This document shows positions 25,799-35,154 of a stretch of DNA of 64,000 nt, piece by piece. The DNA is from a virus. Made by a program: the position numbers and the translations under genes. Position 1 is the first letter of the stretch; each line of letters opens with the position of its first letter. The notes below the pieces were generated by a model. It did not search any database and was not told where the DNA came from. It saw nothing but the letters and a program-made list of their open reading frames with translations. The stretch spans positions 1-64,000 of the IMG/VR virus record IMGVR_UViG_3300043427_003610. One strand, 5' to 3'.

Positions 25799-26102
25799 CA
25801 AGTGTGCCCATTGCGGTCAGGAGCTTCCGACCGCGAGCTGCGACGTGGCGGACTGCCAGGCTGTGGAGTCGGCCATGACCGCCGAGCCAGGAGCCTGTCA
25901 GAAGTGTGGTGCTACGGAGATTCCGTGCGCCGAGCCGGAGTGCCCGGCCGTGCTTGCGCACGATGTCGTCACGTACGTCTGCCAGGTCTGCGAGCGGTCT
26001 GTCGCGGAAGGGGAGATGTGCGATCGTCCGGACTGTCCGCGGGTCGCCGCGGCCCAGATCCGCAAGGCCAGTATCGACACCCCCTTCAAGTTGGGGCTTT
26101 GA
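25770..26102 (+). CDS. Cys-rich triple-repeat Zn-binding protein
   Basis: 3x CxxC-x(6-9)-C-x4-C. Confidence 0.6.
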   Translation: MEDRDSVSTNKCAHCGQELPTASCDVADCQAVESAMTAEPGACQKCGATEIPCAEPECPAVLAHDVVTYVCQVCERSVAEGEMCDRPDCPRVAAAQIRKASIDTPFKLGL

Positions 26103-26112
26103 GGACTAGAAC

Positions 26113-27828
26113 ATGACGGACTTTACCACCCTGCCTGAAGTTGCGACCCAGACACTGTCCGGGCGCATGATGCTGGAAGACCTGTTTTCCGGCGATGACC
26201 ACAAGGACCTCCGCCAGGAGATCATCCAGACCGGTAAGTATGCTCCCCGCCACAGCACGAAGGAGCTGCGGATTCAGACCCGTGAGCTTGAGGACGGGCG
26301 GCATGAGATCATGGCGCTCGCGGCCCTGAGTCGCGACCCCGGGAAGACCTCTGACTACATCGGCACGATTGCCGATTTCGCCGACCTCGGCACGAAGGCC
26401 ACCACCAACCTCACGACCAAGGTCAAGCAGTACCGGGAGATCTACAAGAACGAAGGAATCATCAATAACGCTGTCAACAAGTCGGCGGCGTTGATCGGCG
26501 TGGGCGGGCGCTACAAGGTGCGTCACGCACGGCGCGGCAAGTCCCGCCGGGCGCTCGACGACCTGCAGATGCTCCTGGACTACTTCACCGTGAACGTGAA
26601 CAACTCGCCGCTGTCGGGCGTGGTGACCAGCGAGCGCGGCATGAAGTCGGTCATCCATAACGGCGTCCGGCATGCCTTGGTCGAGGGTGACTGGGTGGCC
26701 CGCCAGCAGTGGACGAAGGTGCAGCTGCCTACCTCGAGCGGGGGCACGGCCAGCCTGCCCATGACCCTCCAGACGATCTCGATGGTGAACCTGGAGCCGG
26801 TGAACGAGCTGGCAGGCCTGGGCGAGCTGTGGTACTGGAAGCCGGACAGCACGCTACTCAACCTGATCGTGAATGGAAGCAAGGTTAAGGAGATCAACGA
26901 CGTCATCAAGAAGCTCGTTGATACCAAGACTCGGGACGAGCTGAAGAAGAACCAGAAGGTCCTGCTCACCCCGGCGCTACTTCTGCACGTCAAGCACCGC
27001 GGATTCGCCACCGACCCGGTGGGTGAGTCGATGATCGAGCCCGCCAAGCTCGGTATCCGCTTTAGCCGGGCGCTGACGGCGATCGACCTGGTCAGCATGG
27101 AGAACGTCATCAACCGGCTCACCATCGTCCAGGTTGGGTCGGCCGACCCGAAGTCGCCGTACTCGAAGGCAGATGTGGCGGCGGCTCGCGCTGCCCTGAT
27201 GCAGTCCTTCTTTGAAGACGTCTCCCCCTCGATGGTGATCGTCTGGCAGGGCGACGACGTGAAGGTGACGGACGTCGGTAGCCAGCAGTCGGTCCTCGAC
27301 CTTAACAAGCGCTACGAGATCGCCGACGAGAAGATCAAGATGGCGCTCGGGCTTCCGGATGCCTTGCTGCTCGGCAACGTGGGCAACGGGGCCGGGGCCA
27401 GCTGGGCCTCGATGGTCGGGGCGGCTGCCCAGATGCAGGAGCTGGCGAACAGCTTCTCCGCGGTGCTGACCACCATCGGCGAGCGTATCGCGATCGAGAA
27501 CGGGTACGACGGCGTTGACCTGATCTGGGAGTTCGACCAGTCCCTCATGGCCGATTACAAGGAAACCCGTACTCAGAACCGGGCGGACTACCTGGCTGGC
27601 GCGACCTCGCTGCACTCGCTCATCTCGGGCTCCGGCCGCGACCCGAACGCGGAGTTCATGCTCAAGTGCCAGGAGCGCGGGTTGAACCCGGACACCACCA
27701 CCTGGGAGCAGGCGTTCGCTCCGCCGCAGGGCCTCCAGGGCCAGGCGACGGGTGGCATCCAGGGACAGGGGGAAGGGAAGGACCCTGGCGCTGGCCGGAC
27801 CCCGGACGACCAGATCACCACGCCGTAA
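26113..27828 (+). CDS. Portal protein
   Basis: Position after TerL, 571 aa, IINNAVNK / LLLHVKHR / KYE-like KRYEIADEKIKMALGLP features. Confidence 0.7.
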   Translation: MTDFTTLPEVATQTLSGRMMLEDLFSGDDHKDLRQEIIQTGKYAPRHSTKELRIQTRELEDGRHEIMALAALSRDPGKTSDYIGTIADFADLGTKATTNLTTKVKQYREIYKNEGIINNAVNKSAALIGVGGRYKVRHARRGKSRRALDDLQMLLDYFTVNVNNSPLSGVVTSERGMKSVIHNGVRHALVEGDWVARQQWTKVQLPTSSGGTASLPMTLQTISMVNLEPVNELAGLGELWYWKPDSTLLNLIVNGSKVKEINDVIKKLVDTKTRDELKKNQKVLLTPALLLHVKHRGFATDPVGESMIEPAKLGIRFSRALTAIDLVSMENVINRLTIVQVGSADPKSPYSKADVAAARAALMQSFFEDVSPSMVIVWQGDDVKVTDVGSQQSVLDLNKRYEIADEKIKMALGLPDALLLGNVGNGAGASWASMVGAAAQMQELANSFSAVLTTIGERIAIENGYDGVDLIWEFDQSLMADYKETRTQNRADYLAGATSLHSLISGSGRDPNAEFMLKCQERGLNPDTTTWEQAFAPPQGLQGQATGGIQGQGEGKDPGAGRTPDDQITTP

Positions 27829-27855
27829 GTAAGGAATCGGTGGGTTCCGTCAATT
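27829..27855 (+). promoter_or_regulatory. Class I motif GTAAG-N15-GTCAATT
   Basis: Directly after the portal stop; -10 box in a terminator loop. Confidence 0.75.
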
Positions 27856-27874
27856 AAAAGGAGCCCACCTTTTT
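27839..27874 (+). terminator. Intrinsic terminator
   Basis: GGTGGGTTCC-GTCAATTAAAA-GGAGCCCACC then TTTTT. Confidence 0.75.
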
Positions 27875-27884
27875 CCCCTTCCTC

Positions 27885-28277
27885 GTGGACGATTCACACA
27901 CGTTCTTCTGGTTGGTTGGCGTATTGGAGGGCGAGGCGTACTTCGGGTACGACAAGAGCAATCGCTCCCCTCGCCTGGAAGTGGAAATGAAGGACGAGCA
28001 TGTCATCGCGCGCATCGCTGCGCTCTTTGACAAGTCGTATTCGCGACGAGACCGTCGGGCCCAGAATCCGAAAACGTCAGTGACGTATCGGGTGAGGCTC
28101 GGCGGTCCTCGTGCTTTGCAGGTGATGAAGCGCGTCCAGCCATATATGAGTCCTCGCCGGGCCCGGGCAATCCAGCTGGTCGAAGACTCGTACTGCGCGG
28201 ACCACAAGGGCGCGCTGGACTATAACCGAATCCCTCTGCCGCCCCTGGTAGAGGTGCCTTACACGTTGGAGAAATAG
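27885..28277 (+). CDS. Free-standing single-motif LAGLIDADG endonuclease-like protein
   Basis: FWLVGVLEGEAYF...RLEVEMKDEHVIARIAALF...PYMSPRR. Confidence 0.75.
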   Translation: MDDSHTFFWLVGVLEGEAYFGYDKSNRSPRLEVEMKDEHVIARIAALFDKSYSRRDRRAQNPKTSVTYRVRLGGPRALQVMKRVQPYMSPRRARAIQLVEDSYCADHKGALDYNRIPLPPLVEVPYTLEK

Positions 28278-28278
28278 C

Positions 28279-29649
28279 ATGCGGCGTGTCGTGATGGTTG
28301 CTGATGGTGCATGGCCGACCGGGTTCGAGCGTGTGGCTCGGGCGGTCGGAACGCATTTGCAGGCCACCGGCCAGTACGAGGTGGTGCACCGTGCGCTTGG
28401 CTACGGCGGGCCGGAACAGGAGCTTCGCGTTCCGCCCTATCCGTACGAGCTGAAGTCGGCGGACCAGATGTCCTATGATCCGTTGGCGGTGACCAACATG
28501 CCGAAGTGGATCAAGGAGGACCGCCCGGACGTCGTCCTGTTCATTCAGGACCTCTGGAATATCACGAACTATATGGGGTACGTGCCGCGCGATCTTCCGA
28601 CGGTCGGCTACTACCCGGTAGATACTCCGAATATCAAGTGGAGCTACGCCATGGGCGCGGCGTCCCTGACCGAGGCGGTTACCTACACCGACTTCGGGGC
28701 CAAGGAGACCGCCCTGGGCATGCGCGACCTGGTCGACGTGGTCTTGAACTCCTACTCGAACCAGGGTGTGGACATGTCCCAGAAGGCGTCCTGGATGACG
28801 CTGCCTAAGGACAAGATGGAGCTGCACCTGCGGGTGGACAACATGGCCGCCCGGCAGAACCGGAATGGGTTCAGCGTCATCCCCCACGGGATCGACCACG
28901 AGATGTTCTATCCGATGGACAAGGCGGAATGCCGCCAGATGTGGAACTTCCCACAGGACGCCTTCATCGTCCTTAACGTCAATACCAACCAGTTCCGGAA
29001 GCGTCAGGACATCACCATCCGCGCGTTTGCGGAAATGGCCGCCAAGGTACCGAACGCGTTGCTGGTACTGCACTGCATGGGCGGTAAGGACCGGGAGGGC
29101 TGGGACTTGGCCCAGCTGGCCCGGCTGTACGGGGTGGAGGACAAGGTCATCTGCACCCACTGGGCCTATCCCGAGCTGACGGACGAGCAGCTCCTGATGC
29201 TGTATAACAGCGCCGACGTCCAGATTAACACGGGCGGCGGCGAGGGTTGGGGGCTGACGGCGGTGGAAGCTGCCCTGTGCGGCGTCCCCCAGTTCGTGCC
29301 GGACTGGTCGGCCACCCGGGAGATCTGGAGCGGGCACGGGGTTCTCTTGCCGGTCTCCGACTACCGGTTTGAGCCCAGGTACATCAACACGGCCCACGCC
29401 ATGGTCGATGTCCGCGGGACTGCGGCCCTCCTGGCGCAGTATGCGACCGACCGAGACTTGCTGCAGGCCACCGGGGAGGCGTGTCGCAACCGTGCCCTGC
29501 AGATGCCGACCTGGGATGAAGTCGGCGCTCAGTTTGCCAAGCGAATCGCCCGCGCGCTGTCCAGCGATCCGGCGGTGCCGATGCGACTTAATGAGATCAG
29601 GGATTCCCGCCGCGACGTTCTGCAGTCTGATCTGCTGATTCAAAGATAA
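28279..29649 (+). CDS. Glycosyltransferase, GT-B/GT4-like
   Basis: PTGFERV, VIPHGID, NTNQFRKRQD, LYNSADV, GEGWGLTAVEAALCGVP. Confidence 0.9.
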   Translation: MRRVVMVADGAWPTGFERVARAVGTHLQATGQYEVVHRALGYGGPEQELRVPPYPYELKSADQMSYDPLAVTNMPKWIKEDRPDVVLFIQDLWNITNYMGYVPRDLPTVGYYPVDTPNIKWSYAMGAASLTEAVTYTDFGAKETALGMRDLVDVVLNSYSNQGVDMSQKASWMTLPKDKMELHLRVDNMAARQNRNGFSVIPHGIDHEMFYPMDKAECRQMWNFPQDAFIVLNVNTNQFRKRQDITIRAFAEMAAKVPNALLVLHCMGGKDREGWDLAQLARLYGVEDKVICTHWAYPELTDEQLLMLYNSADVQINTGGGEGWGLTAVEAALCGVPQFVPDWSATREIWSGHGVLLPVSDYRFEPRYINTAHAMVDVRGTAALLAQYATDRDLLQATGEACRNRALQMPTWDEVGAQFAKRIARALSSDPAVPMRLNEIRDSRRDVLQSDLLIQR

Positions 29650-29687
29650 GCTGAAGATCCCGAAGGACTAAACCGCCCGATCCTCTG

Positions 29688-29716
29688 CGTTTTCGCGTCG
29701 TTTCGCACGACTCATT
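29688..29716 (+). promoter_or_regulatory. Class II motif variant CGTTT-N15-CGACTCATT
   Basis: Upstream of the head protease/capsid operon. Confidence 0.6.
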
Positions 29717-29755
29717 CGATGATGGGTAGTGCGTCGACTATTTCGGAGGGTCGGC

Positions 29756-31513
29756 ATGGCCGAAGACGACAACCGACAGGAAGGTCTGAACAGCCTGTCG
29801 GCTGCGTCGGACGACCGAATCCGCTTCATCACTGCGCGCGCCACGGTTACTGAAACGACCGGGGCTGCTGCGGACGACGCGGTCCTTCAGCAGGCGATGA
29901 GGTCTGCCGCCTTCATGCCGATGGTCACGGACGGCGAGCCGACGAAGCTGTTGGTTACTGCCTGGATGGTTCACGAGGGCAAGAATAACAACAACCTCGT
30001 GTTCCGCCCCGAGGACCTGGAACCGGCCGCGGCGAAGCTGGCCTCTCCGAATTTCCTTCCGATGGACTGGAACCACAGCGCCGTCATCCCAAAGGACGGC
30101 ATCCCGAAGGCGATCGGGGTGTGGTATTCGGCCGAAGCGCTGTACGACGAGGCCGCTTATGAGGGGCGCGGCGCGTTGGGGATTCAGGCGAAGGGCGTGG
30201 TCTGGGCCTGGGCGTTTCCGGAATATGCGACGGAAATGCTTTCCATTCAGCGGGAGCGTGGGTTCATCGAGTTCTCGATGGCGTGCATTCCCACCGATGT
30301 GGAGCGAGGTCGCGACCAGAACGGCGCCTACGAAATTGCCATCGATCCCGTGTTCTTCACGCTTTCTGCGCTGAACGTGCCGCCGGGTGATCCTGACGCG
30401 AAGGGTGTGGTCGAGAACATGGAAGAGGTTCCTCGGCCTGCGCCGTTGGAGTGGTGGGAGACGATGGCGGCGTCTGCCGAAGAGTTCACGGACGGAGACC
30501 TTGAGAGCGAGGCTGCTGTCGAGGTGCTGTCCGGAGCCAAGAAGTCCAAGACCGACTTCCCCACGCGTGGGGAGGACAAGGCGGTCAGCCTTCGGAACAG
30601 CCAGTGGAAGCTCTTTCCGCTGGACGAGGCGATGGATCTGAAGGAGAACTGGCCGGAAATCTGGTCTCGTGGCGGCAATATCCGCGGCAACGATCAGTTC
30701 CGCCGGTTGACCCCAGTAGCTCGTCGGGGCGGCAAGGTCACTACTGCCACCGAGGAGTATGCGGTCAGGCTCAGGGAAGCGTGGGTGGCCCGGCACTACG
30801 AGGACTTCCAGCTCCCGGGTGTGATCGCGCAGGTGAAGTGGCTTGCCATCGGCTCTCGTGGCCTCGACCACATGCGGTCAGTGATAAACGAAGCCAAGGA
30901 GCGCGTGAAGGCCCGTCGGGCATCGGCGCGCACGGAGGAGGAGACTATGGAGAATCAGAACGACATGGCTCAGGCGGCGCTCGAGGCCGCTCTTGAGGCG
31001 AATGCGGTGCTGAAGGCTGAGGTGGAAGCGGCGGGCGTGGCGGCCGATGAGGTGCTGAACAAGGCGGCCGAGATGGAGACCAAGCTCGCGGAGATGACTG
31101 TCCGTGCTGAGGAGGCCGAGCTGAAGCGGGATGCGCTCCAGGCGGAGTTGGCGGCGGCGGTCGAGCAGCTTTCGGCTGTGGTGGCCGAGTTCGAGACGGC
31201 CAAGGTGCAGCTCGCTGAGATCGCTGCGGAGCAGGAGAAGCTCGCGATTGAGCAGCGCTGGACTGCCCGCTTCGCGGAGCTGCCGGAGTCGTACCGTGCC
31301 GCGTTCGGCAAGCGGTCGGAGGATGAGCAGGACCGTTTTAAGACTCGCTGGTCGGTGGCTTCGGATGAGGCCTGGGGCGAGTTCAAGAGTGACCTGATTG
31401 TCGGGTTTGCTGATACGAAGATCAGCTACCTGAAGCTCTCCGAGGAGGAGGGCGCTCTGCCTGCTGGCAGTGTCACGGACCTGGGCGCCAAGGTTTCGGC
31501 GCTCATCAAGTAA
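29756..31513 (+). CDS. Prohead protease/scaffold fusion
   Basis: GGAGGG RBS; N-terminal GKNNNNLVF..MDWNH..FSMAC protease-like domain; acidic coiled-coil C-terminus; upstream of the capsid genes. Confidence 0.7.
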   Translation: MAEDDNRQEGLNSLSAASDDRIRFITARATVTETTGAAADDAVLQQAMRSAAFMPMVTDGEPTKLLVTAWMVHEGKNNNNLVFRPEDLEPAAAKLASPNFLPMDWNHSAVIPKDGIPKAIGVWYSAEALYDEAAYEGRGALGIQAKGVVWAWAFPEYATEMLSIQRERGFIEFSMACIPTDVERGRDQNGAYEIAIDPVFFTLSALNVPPGDPDAKGVVENMEEVPRPAPLEWWETMAASAEEFTDGDLESEAAVEVLSGAKKSKTDFPTRGEDKAVSLRNSQWKLFPLDEAMDLKENWPEIWSRGGNIRGNDQFRRLTPVARRGGKVTTATEEYAVRLREAWVARHYEDFQLPGVIAQVKWLAIGSRGLDHMRSVINEAKERVKARRASARTEEETMENQNDMAQAALEAALEANAVLKAEVEAAGVAADEVLNKAAEMETKLAEMTVRAEEAELKRDALQAELAAAVEQLSAVVAEFETAKVQLAEIAAEQEKLAIEQRWTARFAELPESYRAAFGKRSEDEQDRFKTRWSVASDEAWGEFKSDLIVGFADTKISYLKLSEEEGALPAGSVTDLGAKVSALIK

Positions 31514-31547
31514 CCCGCGATAGCGGCAACCCTGTAGGAGGAAAACT

Positions 31548-32045
31548 ATGAAGCTGCACATTGCGAATTTCTACGACGCGCCGCGTCACACCGCCTTCGC
31601 GGGCGAGGCCATCGCTCTCGGCGCGGTCATCAAGATCGACCAGGGCCCGGCCGGTGAGCGTCGCGCTCTCCAGGTGACGGACGCGGATTCCGCGCTCCTC
31701 GTCGCTGGCAAGTACGGCGTGGCCGTCAAGGTCTCGGCGGACCAGCTCCAGGTGTCGGAGACGCTCTACGGCGTCCCGGCTGATTGGGGCTCCCGCGTGG
31801 TCGCGATCGCCTCGGGCGACGCGATCGTCCAGGTCGGCAAGGGCGCGATCATCGAGTACGAGCCGTCCCTGCTCCACGCTTCGCTCGACCCGGCTAACGG
31901 CGGCGCGCTGCCGACGGTTGGCACGGCTCTCGGCCTCAAGGGCGGGAAGTTCTGCACCACTGCCACGGCCAGCGCGATCACCAACCCGGTGGTCGGCCGT
32001 GTGTTCGACGTGCTCGGCGGCAAGGTCCGCATCGAGCTGGTCTAA
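31548..32045 (+). CDS. Head decoration/cement-like protein
   Basis: AGGAGG RBS; small Gly/Ala/Val-rich beta protein between scaffold and MCP. Confidence 0.6.
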   Translation: MKLHIANFYDAPRHTAFAGEAIALGAVIKIDQGPAGERRALQVTDADSALLVAGKYGVAVKVSADQLQVSETLYGVPADWGSRVVAIASGDAIVQVGKGAIIEYEPSLLHASLDPANGGALPTVGTALGLKGGKFCTTATASAITNPVVGRVFDVLGGKVRIELV

Positions 32046-32086
32046 ATAAGACCTGGACCTTGATCACCGAATAGGAGGAATCACAC

Positions 32087-33055
32087 ATGCAGTTCAAGAC
32101 GGCGAATCGGACCGCGGCTGAGATCGCGGACCATAAGGCGGAGCTGGACCGGATCTTCAAGGCGGCTGTCGGCCACGACAAGAAGGGCCGCATCGATCCG
32201 AAGGGGCTCAAGGAGCTTGAGTCCAACAAGTTCGAGATCGCGCAGCTTGTCGTCCAGCTCGTGGAGGACACTGTGGCGGTCACCGACCCGACCCCGTTCA
32301 TGGTCGATCGGCGCACCTACAACCTTGGCGACCAGATCCTCTTCCAGGAGATGAAGGGCGACCTCAAGGTCACCAAGCGTGCCTATGGCACGAAGGCGCT
32401 CTCGCAGCGTCTTACGAAGGCTGAGTGGGGCATGACCACCTCGGCCAAGGAACTCGCCATGGAAATCCCGCTCGAGGAGATTGCCTCGGGTGCCATGTCG
32501 GCCTCTGATGCGGTGAACTCGATGGCCGAGGCCATCAACCGCTACAACGTCCAGTTCGTGCTCGACGGCATCGACGCCGGTGTTCCGGCGCTCACCGGCG
32601 ACCGGACCGGGCTGAACGGCTTCACGCTCCGCTACAGCGGGCTCACCAAGGACAACCTCGAGAAGGCCCTCGACGGCCTCAAGGACGACGGCGAGGCGCC
32701 GAGCATCTTCGGCCGCCACACGGCGCTCTATCCCGAGATCCGTAGCTTCCAGGGCTGGTCGGACGAGGGGCTCCGTGAGTTCGAGCTTCGCGGCGTGACC
32801 GGCGTCTTCCAGGGCTCCCCGGTGGTGACCCTGGTCGACAAGTTCTCGCGCAAGTTCGGGTCGCACGTGATCCGCAACGACCGCGTGTACATCGCTGGCG
32901 GCACGAAGGGCGCCGTCATGGCCGAGGTCGACCTCAGCTTCCTCAACTACGCTGAGACCGATCCCCGCGCTGGCGTCTTCACGACCGGCATGCGCATGGA
33001 GTCCGGCCTCCTGGTCTGGAACCCGTACGCCTACCGCATCATCGAGATCGCGTAA
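32087..33055 (+). CDS. Major capsid protein
   Basis: AGGAGG RBS, extreme codon bias, 322 aa, position, following terminator. Confidence 0.75.
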   Translation: MQFKTANRTAAEIADHKAELDRIFKAAVGHDKKGRIDPKGLKELESNKFEIAQLVVQLVEDTVAVTDPTPFMVDRRTYNLGDQILFQEMKGDLKVTKRAYGTKALSQRLTKAEWGMTTSAKELAMEIPLEEIASGAMSASDAVNSMAEAINRYNVQFVLDGIDAGVPALTGDRTGLNGFTLRYSGLTKDNLEKALDGLKDDGEAPSIFGRHTALYPEIRSFQGWSDEGLREFELRGVTGVFQGSPVVTLVDKFSRKFGSHVIRNDRVYIAGGTKGAVMAEVDLSFLNYAETDPRAGVFTTGMRMESGLLVWNPYAYRIIEIA

Positions 33056-33073
33056 GCATCTCGTGCAGGAATA

Positions 33074-33113
33074 ACGACCTGGGGACCGGCTTCGGCCGGT
33101 CCCCTTGTCGTTT
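33074..33113 (+). terminator. Intrinsic terminator with UUCG loop
   Basis: GGGGACCGGC-TTCG-GCCGGTCCCC-TTGTCGTTT. Confidence 0.85.
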
Positions 33114-33120
33114 CCTGGAG

Positions 33121-33147
33121 GTAAGGTTTTGGGAAGTTCCGTCAATT
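33121..33147 (+). promoter_or_regulatory. Class I motif GTAAG-N15-GTCAATT
   Basis: Just after the MCP terminator. Confidence 0.75.
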
Positions 33148-33175
33148 TATAGGCATGGGTGTGTCCCGAGCGCAC

Positions 33176-33203
33176 CGCTTTTGACGGCTGGTCACGACTT
33201 ATT
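33176..33203 (+). promoter_or_regulatory. Class II motif CGCTT-N14-CGACTTATT
   Basis: In tandem with the class I site, upstream of ATG 33267. Confidence 0.65.
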
Positions 33204-33266
33204 GTCGGGACCTCGAGTTTCGGGGACCTGGGCAGGACACTAGCGCTAGAGGCGCGGGAGAACACA

Positions 33267-33989
33267 ATGGCGAGAAAGTCTGAGCAGGATAAGCTGGCTG
33301 AGCTGGAGTCGCGGTACGCCAAGGCGCTGGAGACCATCGAGCGGATGGCCCAGCAGCAGGCGCAGATGGCGGCGCAGCTCGGGGCCAGCAGCAAGCAGTA
33401 CAGCGGCGGTCAGCTGGTCGTCGGGATTCGTAACGTCTCGAACTACAGCGTCGGGCTGATCGACAAGACGTCCGGGCAGGCGATCGAGTACAACCTCAAT
33501 CCCGAGATCGAGGGGTCGGCGGACCCGCGGACTTCCGCGGTCGTCAGCTACGCCTTCTGGCAGCAGCTCCGGACCGGTAACCAGGTCGGTCGTGGGCTCA
33601 TCGTTCGGGATGACTCGATCCTCGGCCCGGCCGAGAATGCGGCCCCGGAGGATCGCCCGCAGGACGTGCATCCGGATCACGCGAAGAACGTGATCATGAA
33701 CGTTCGGGAGTGGATCCTCAGCCGCACGGAAGACCAGCTGCGCGAGGACATCACGGCGATGACGTCCGAGCCCAGCCTGCGTCGCCTGCAGTACGCGGTG
33801 GACCAGGAGATCCTGCGGATCGGCGAGTCGAAGTACAACGGGGACCCCGAGCGGGCCCGTAAGGCCATCCGCGACCTTCCGGCGGTGTTCCGGGTCGTGG
33901 AGGAGTTGGCGGACGAGCGGCTCGACGAGCTGAACCCGGTGAGCAAGGTCCGCCACCTCGAGCTGGAAGGTAGCCTGAAGGCCCGATAA
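33267..33989 (+). CDS. Hypothetical protein (post-capsid position)
   Basis: GGGAG RBS; good codon usage. Confidence 0.7.
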   Translation: MARKSEQDKLAELESRYAKALETIERMAQQQAQMAAQLGASSKQYSGGQLVVGIRNVSNYSVGLIDKTSGQAIEYNLNPEIEGSADPRTSAVVSYAFWQQLRTGNQVGRGLIVRDDSILGPAENAAPEDRPQDVHPDHAKNVIMNVREWILSRTEDQLREDITAMTSEPSLRRLQYAVDQEILRIGESKYNGDPERARKAIRDLPAVFRVVEELADERLDELNPVSKVRHLELEGSLKAR

Positions 33990-34013
33990 GCATAACGCGC
34001 GGAGGAAGCGGCT

Positions 34014-34454
34014 GTGACGACTGACCAGTGGATGAAGATGCTTCGTAGGAAGCTCAATGACGTCGACACGGCCGCCCAGCGCCGTACGGACGCCCAGCTC
34101 TTGGCCACGGCGGAAGACGTGCGCTTTGAGCTGGCGGTCCGTGAGGTGAAGGATTTTGGTTCCGTGACGGTCGGGACCAACAAGCAGGACGTCGCGAATT
34201 ACGGCATCAAGAACGCCTCGGACGCGCAGATGGCCATCATGATCTACGGGGTGGCCTACGAGGTCCTGTCGTCCACCTACCGGGAGCGGGTCGACCGCGG
34301 CGAGCTGGGCATCAGCTGGCGCTCGGGGCTTGAGGAAGAGTCGACCATCTCGGCGGAGAAGGCCTACAAGGCCATGCTGGACGACGTCCGGTACAGCTAC
34401 GAGCAGCTCCTGATCACGTATCAGCGGACCACGGCTAACGCCAGGAAGCACTAA
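34014..34454 (+). CDS. Head-tail connector/adaptor candidate
   Basis: GGAGG RBS; helical; position. Confidence 0.5.
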   Translation: MTTDQWMKMLRRKLNDVDTAAQRRTDAQLLATAEDVRFELAVREVKDFGSVTVGTNKQDVANYGIKNASDAQMAIMIYGVAYEVLSSTYRERVDRGELGISWRSGLEEESTISAEKAYKAMLDDVRYSYEQLLITYQRTTANARKH

Positions 34455-34936
34455 TGCCGGTCAGCGGCAATCGCGTGACCGAGCGGGTCATCAAGCGGAT
34501 TCGTGAGAGCGAGTATCGCCTCACGGTCTACTATCCGATCGCGAAGACCAAGCCGACTGGCAACGTCCCGGTTTCCCTGCCCGTCTCTCCGCTCCTGGCT
34601 GCCCCAAACCCGCAGCCGGAGAGCGGGGAAGACCCCGAGCGCATCCTGCCCGAGGTCACCCTCCAGTGCTTGCTGACCGAGGTGTCGCTCATGGGCGAAT
34701 ACCGCCGGGATCGCATGGAGGTGGAGGTGGGCGGCTGGAGCCGTGAGACGACCGCCCTGGCCCGCGTGATCGCCTCGGAGGCCGCCCTGTCCACCGGCGG
34801 GACGGTGTTCGACGGGTGCGACTTCGTGGAGGTCAACGGGAGCAGGTACAAGGTCCTCAACGTCGTTCGCCAGACGGCGAGTACGACGAAACTGGGCACG
34901 TTTTACGTCTTGCTAACGGGGGCCGTCAAGTCGTGA
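34454..34936 (+). CDS. Head closure/stopper candidate
   Basis: Beta-rich, VEVNGSRYKV; position. Confidence 0.5.
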   Translation: MPVSGNRVTERVIKRIRESEYRLTVYYPIAKTKPTGNVPVSLPVSPLLAAPNPQPESGEDPERILPEVTLQCLLTEVSLMGEYRRDRMEVEVGGWSRETTALARVIASEAALSTGGTVFDGCDFVEVNGSRYKVLNVVRQTASTTKLGTFYVLLTGAVKS

Positions 34937-35154
34937 GCACGGTGAAAGGGGAGGAGCAGAGGCGGATTGAAGCCGAGGTAAACGCCACGATCAAGCTGCT
35001 GATGGGCACGATGGAGGAGCTGGCGGCGCTGGACCCCCTAGAGGCGGGACAGCCACTGGCCTTCAACGACCTGAGAAATCAGGTGATCCGCCGGGTGTGG
35101 AACCTGGCTAAGGAGTGTATCCGGTATGGCGCTAGCGGCGTTCACGACGTCTAA
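34933..35154 (+). CDS. Small hypothetical protein
   Basis: GTGA coupling; fills the gap. Confidence 0.5.
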   Translation: MSTVKGEEQRRIEAEVNATIKLLMGTMEELAALDPLEAGQPLAFNDLRNQVIRRVWNLAKECIRYGASGVHDV

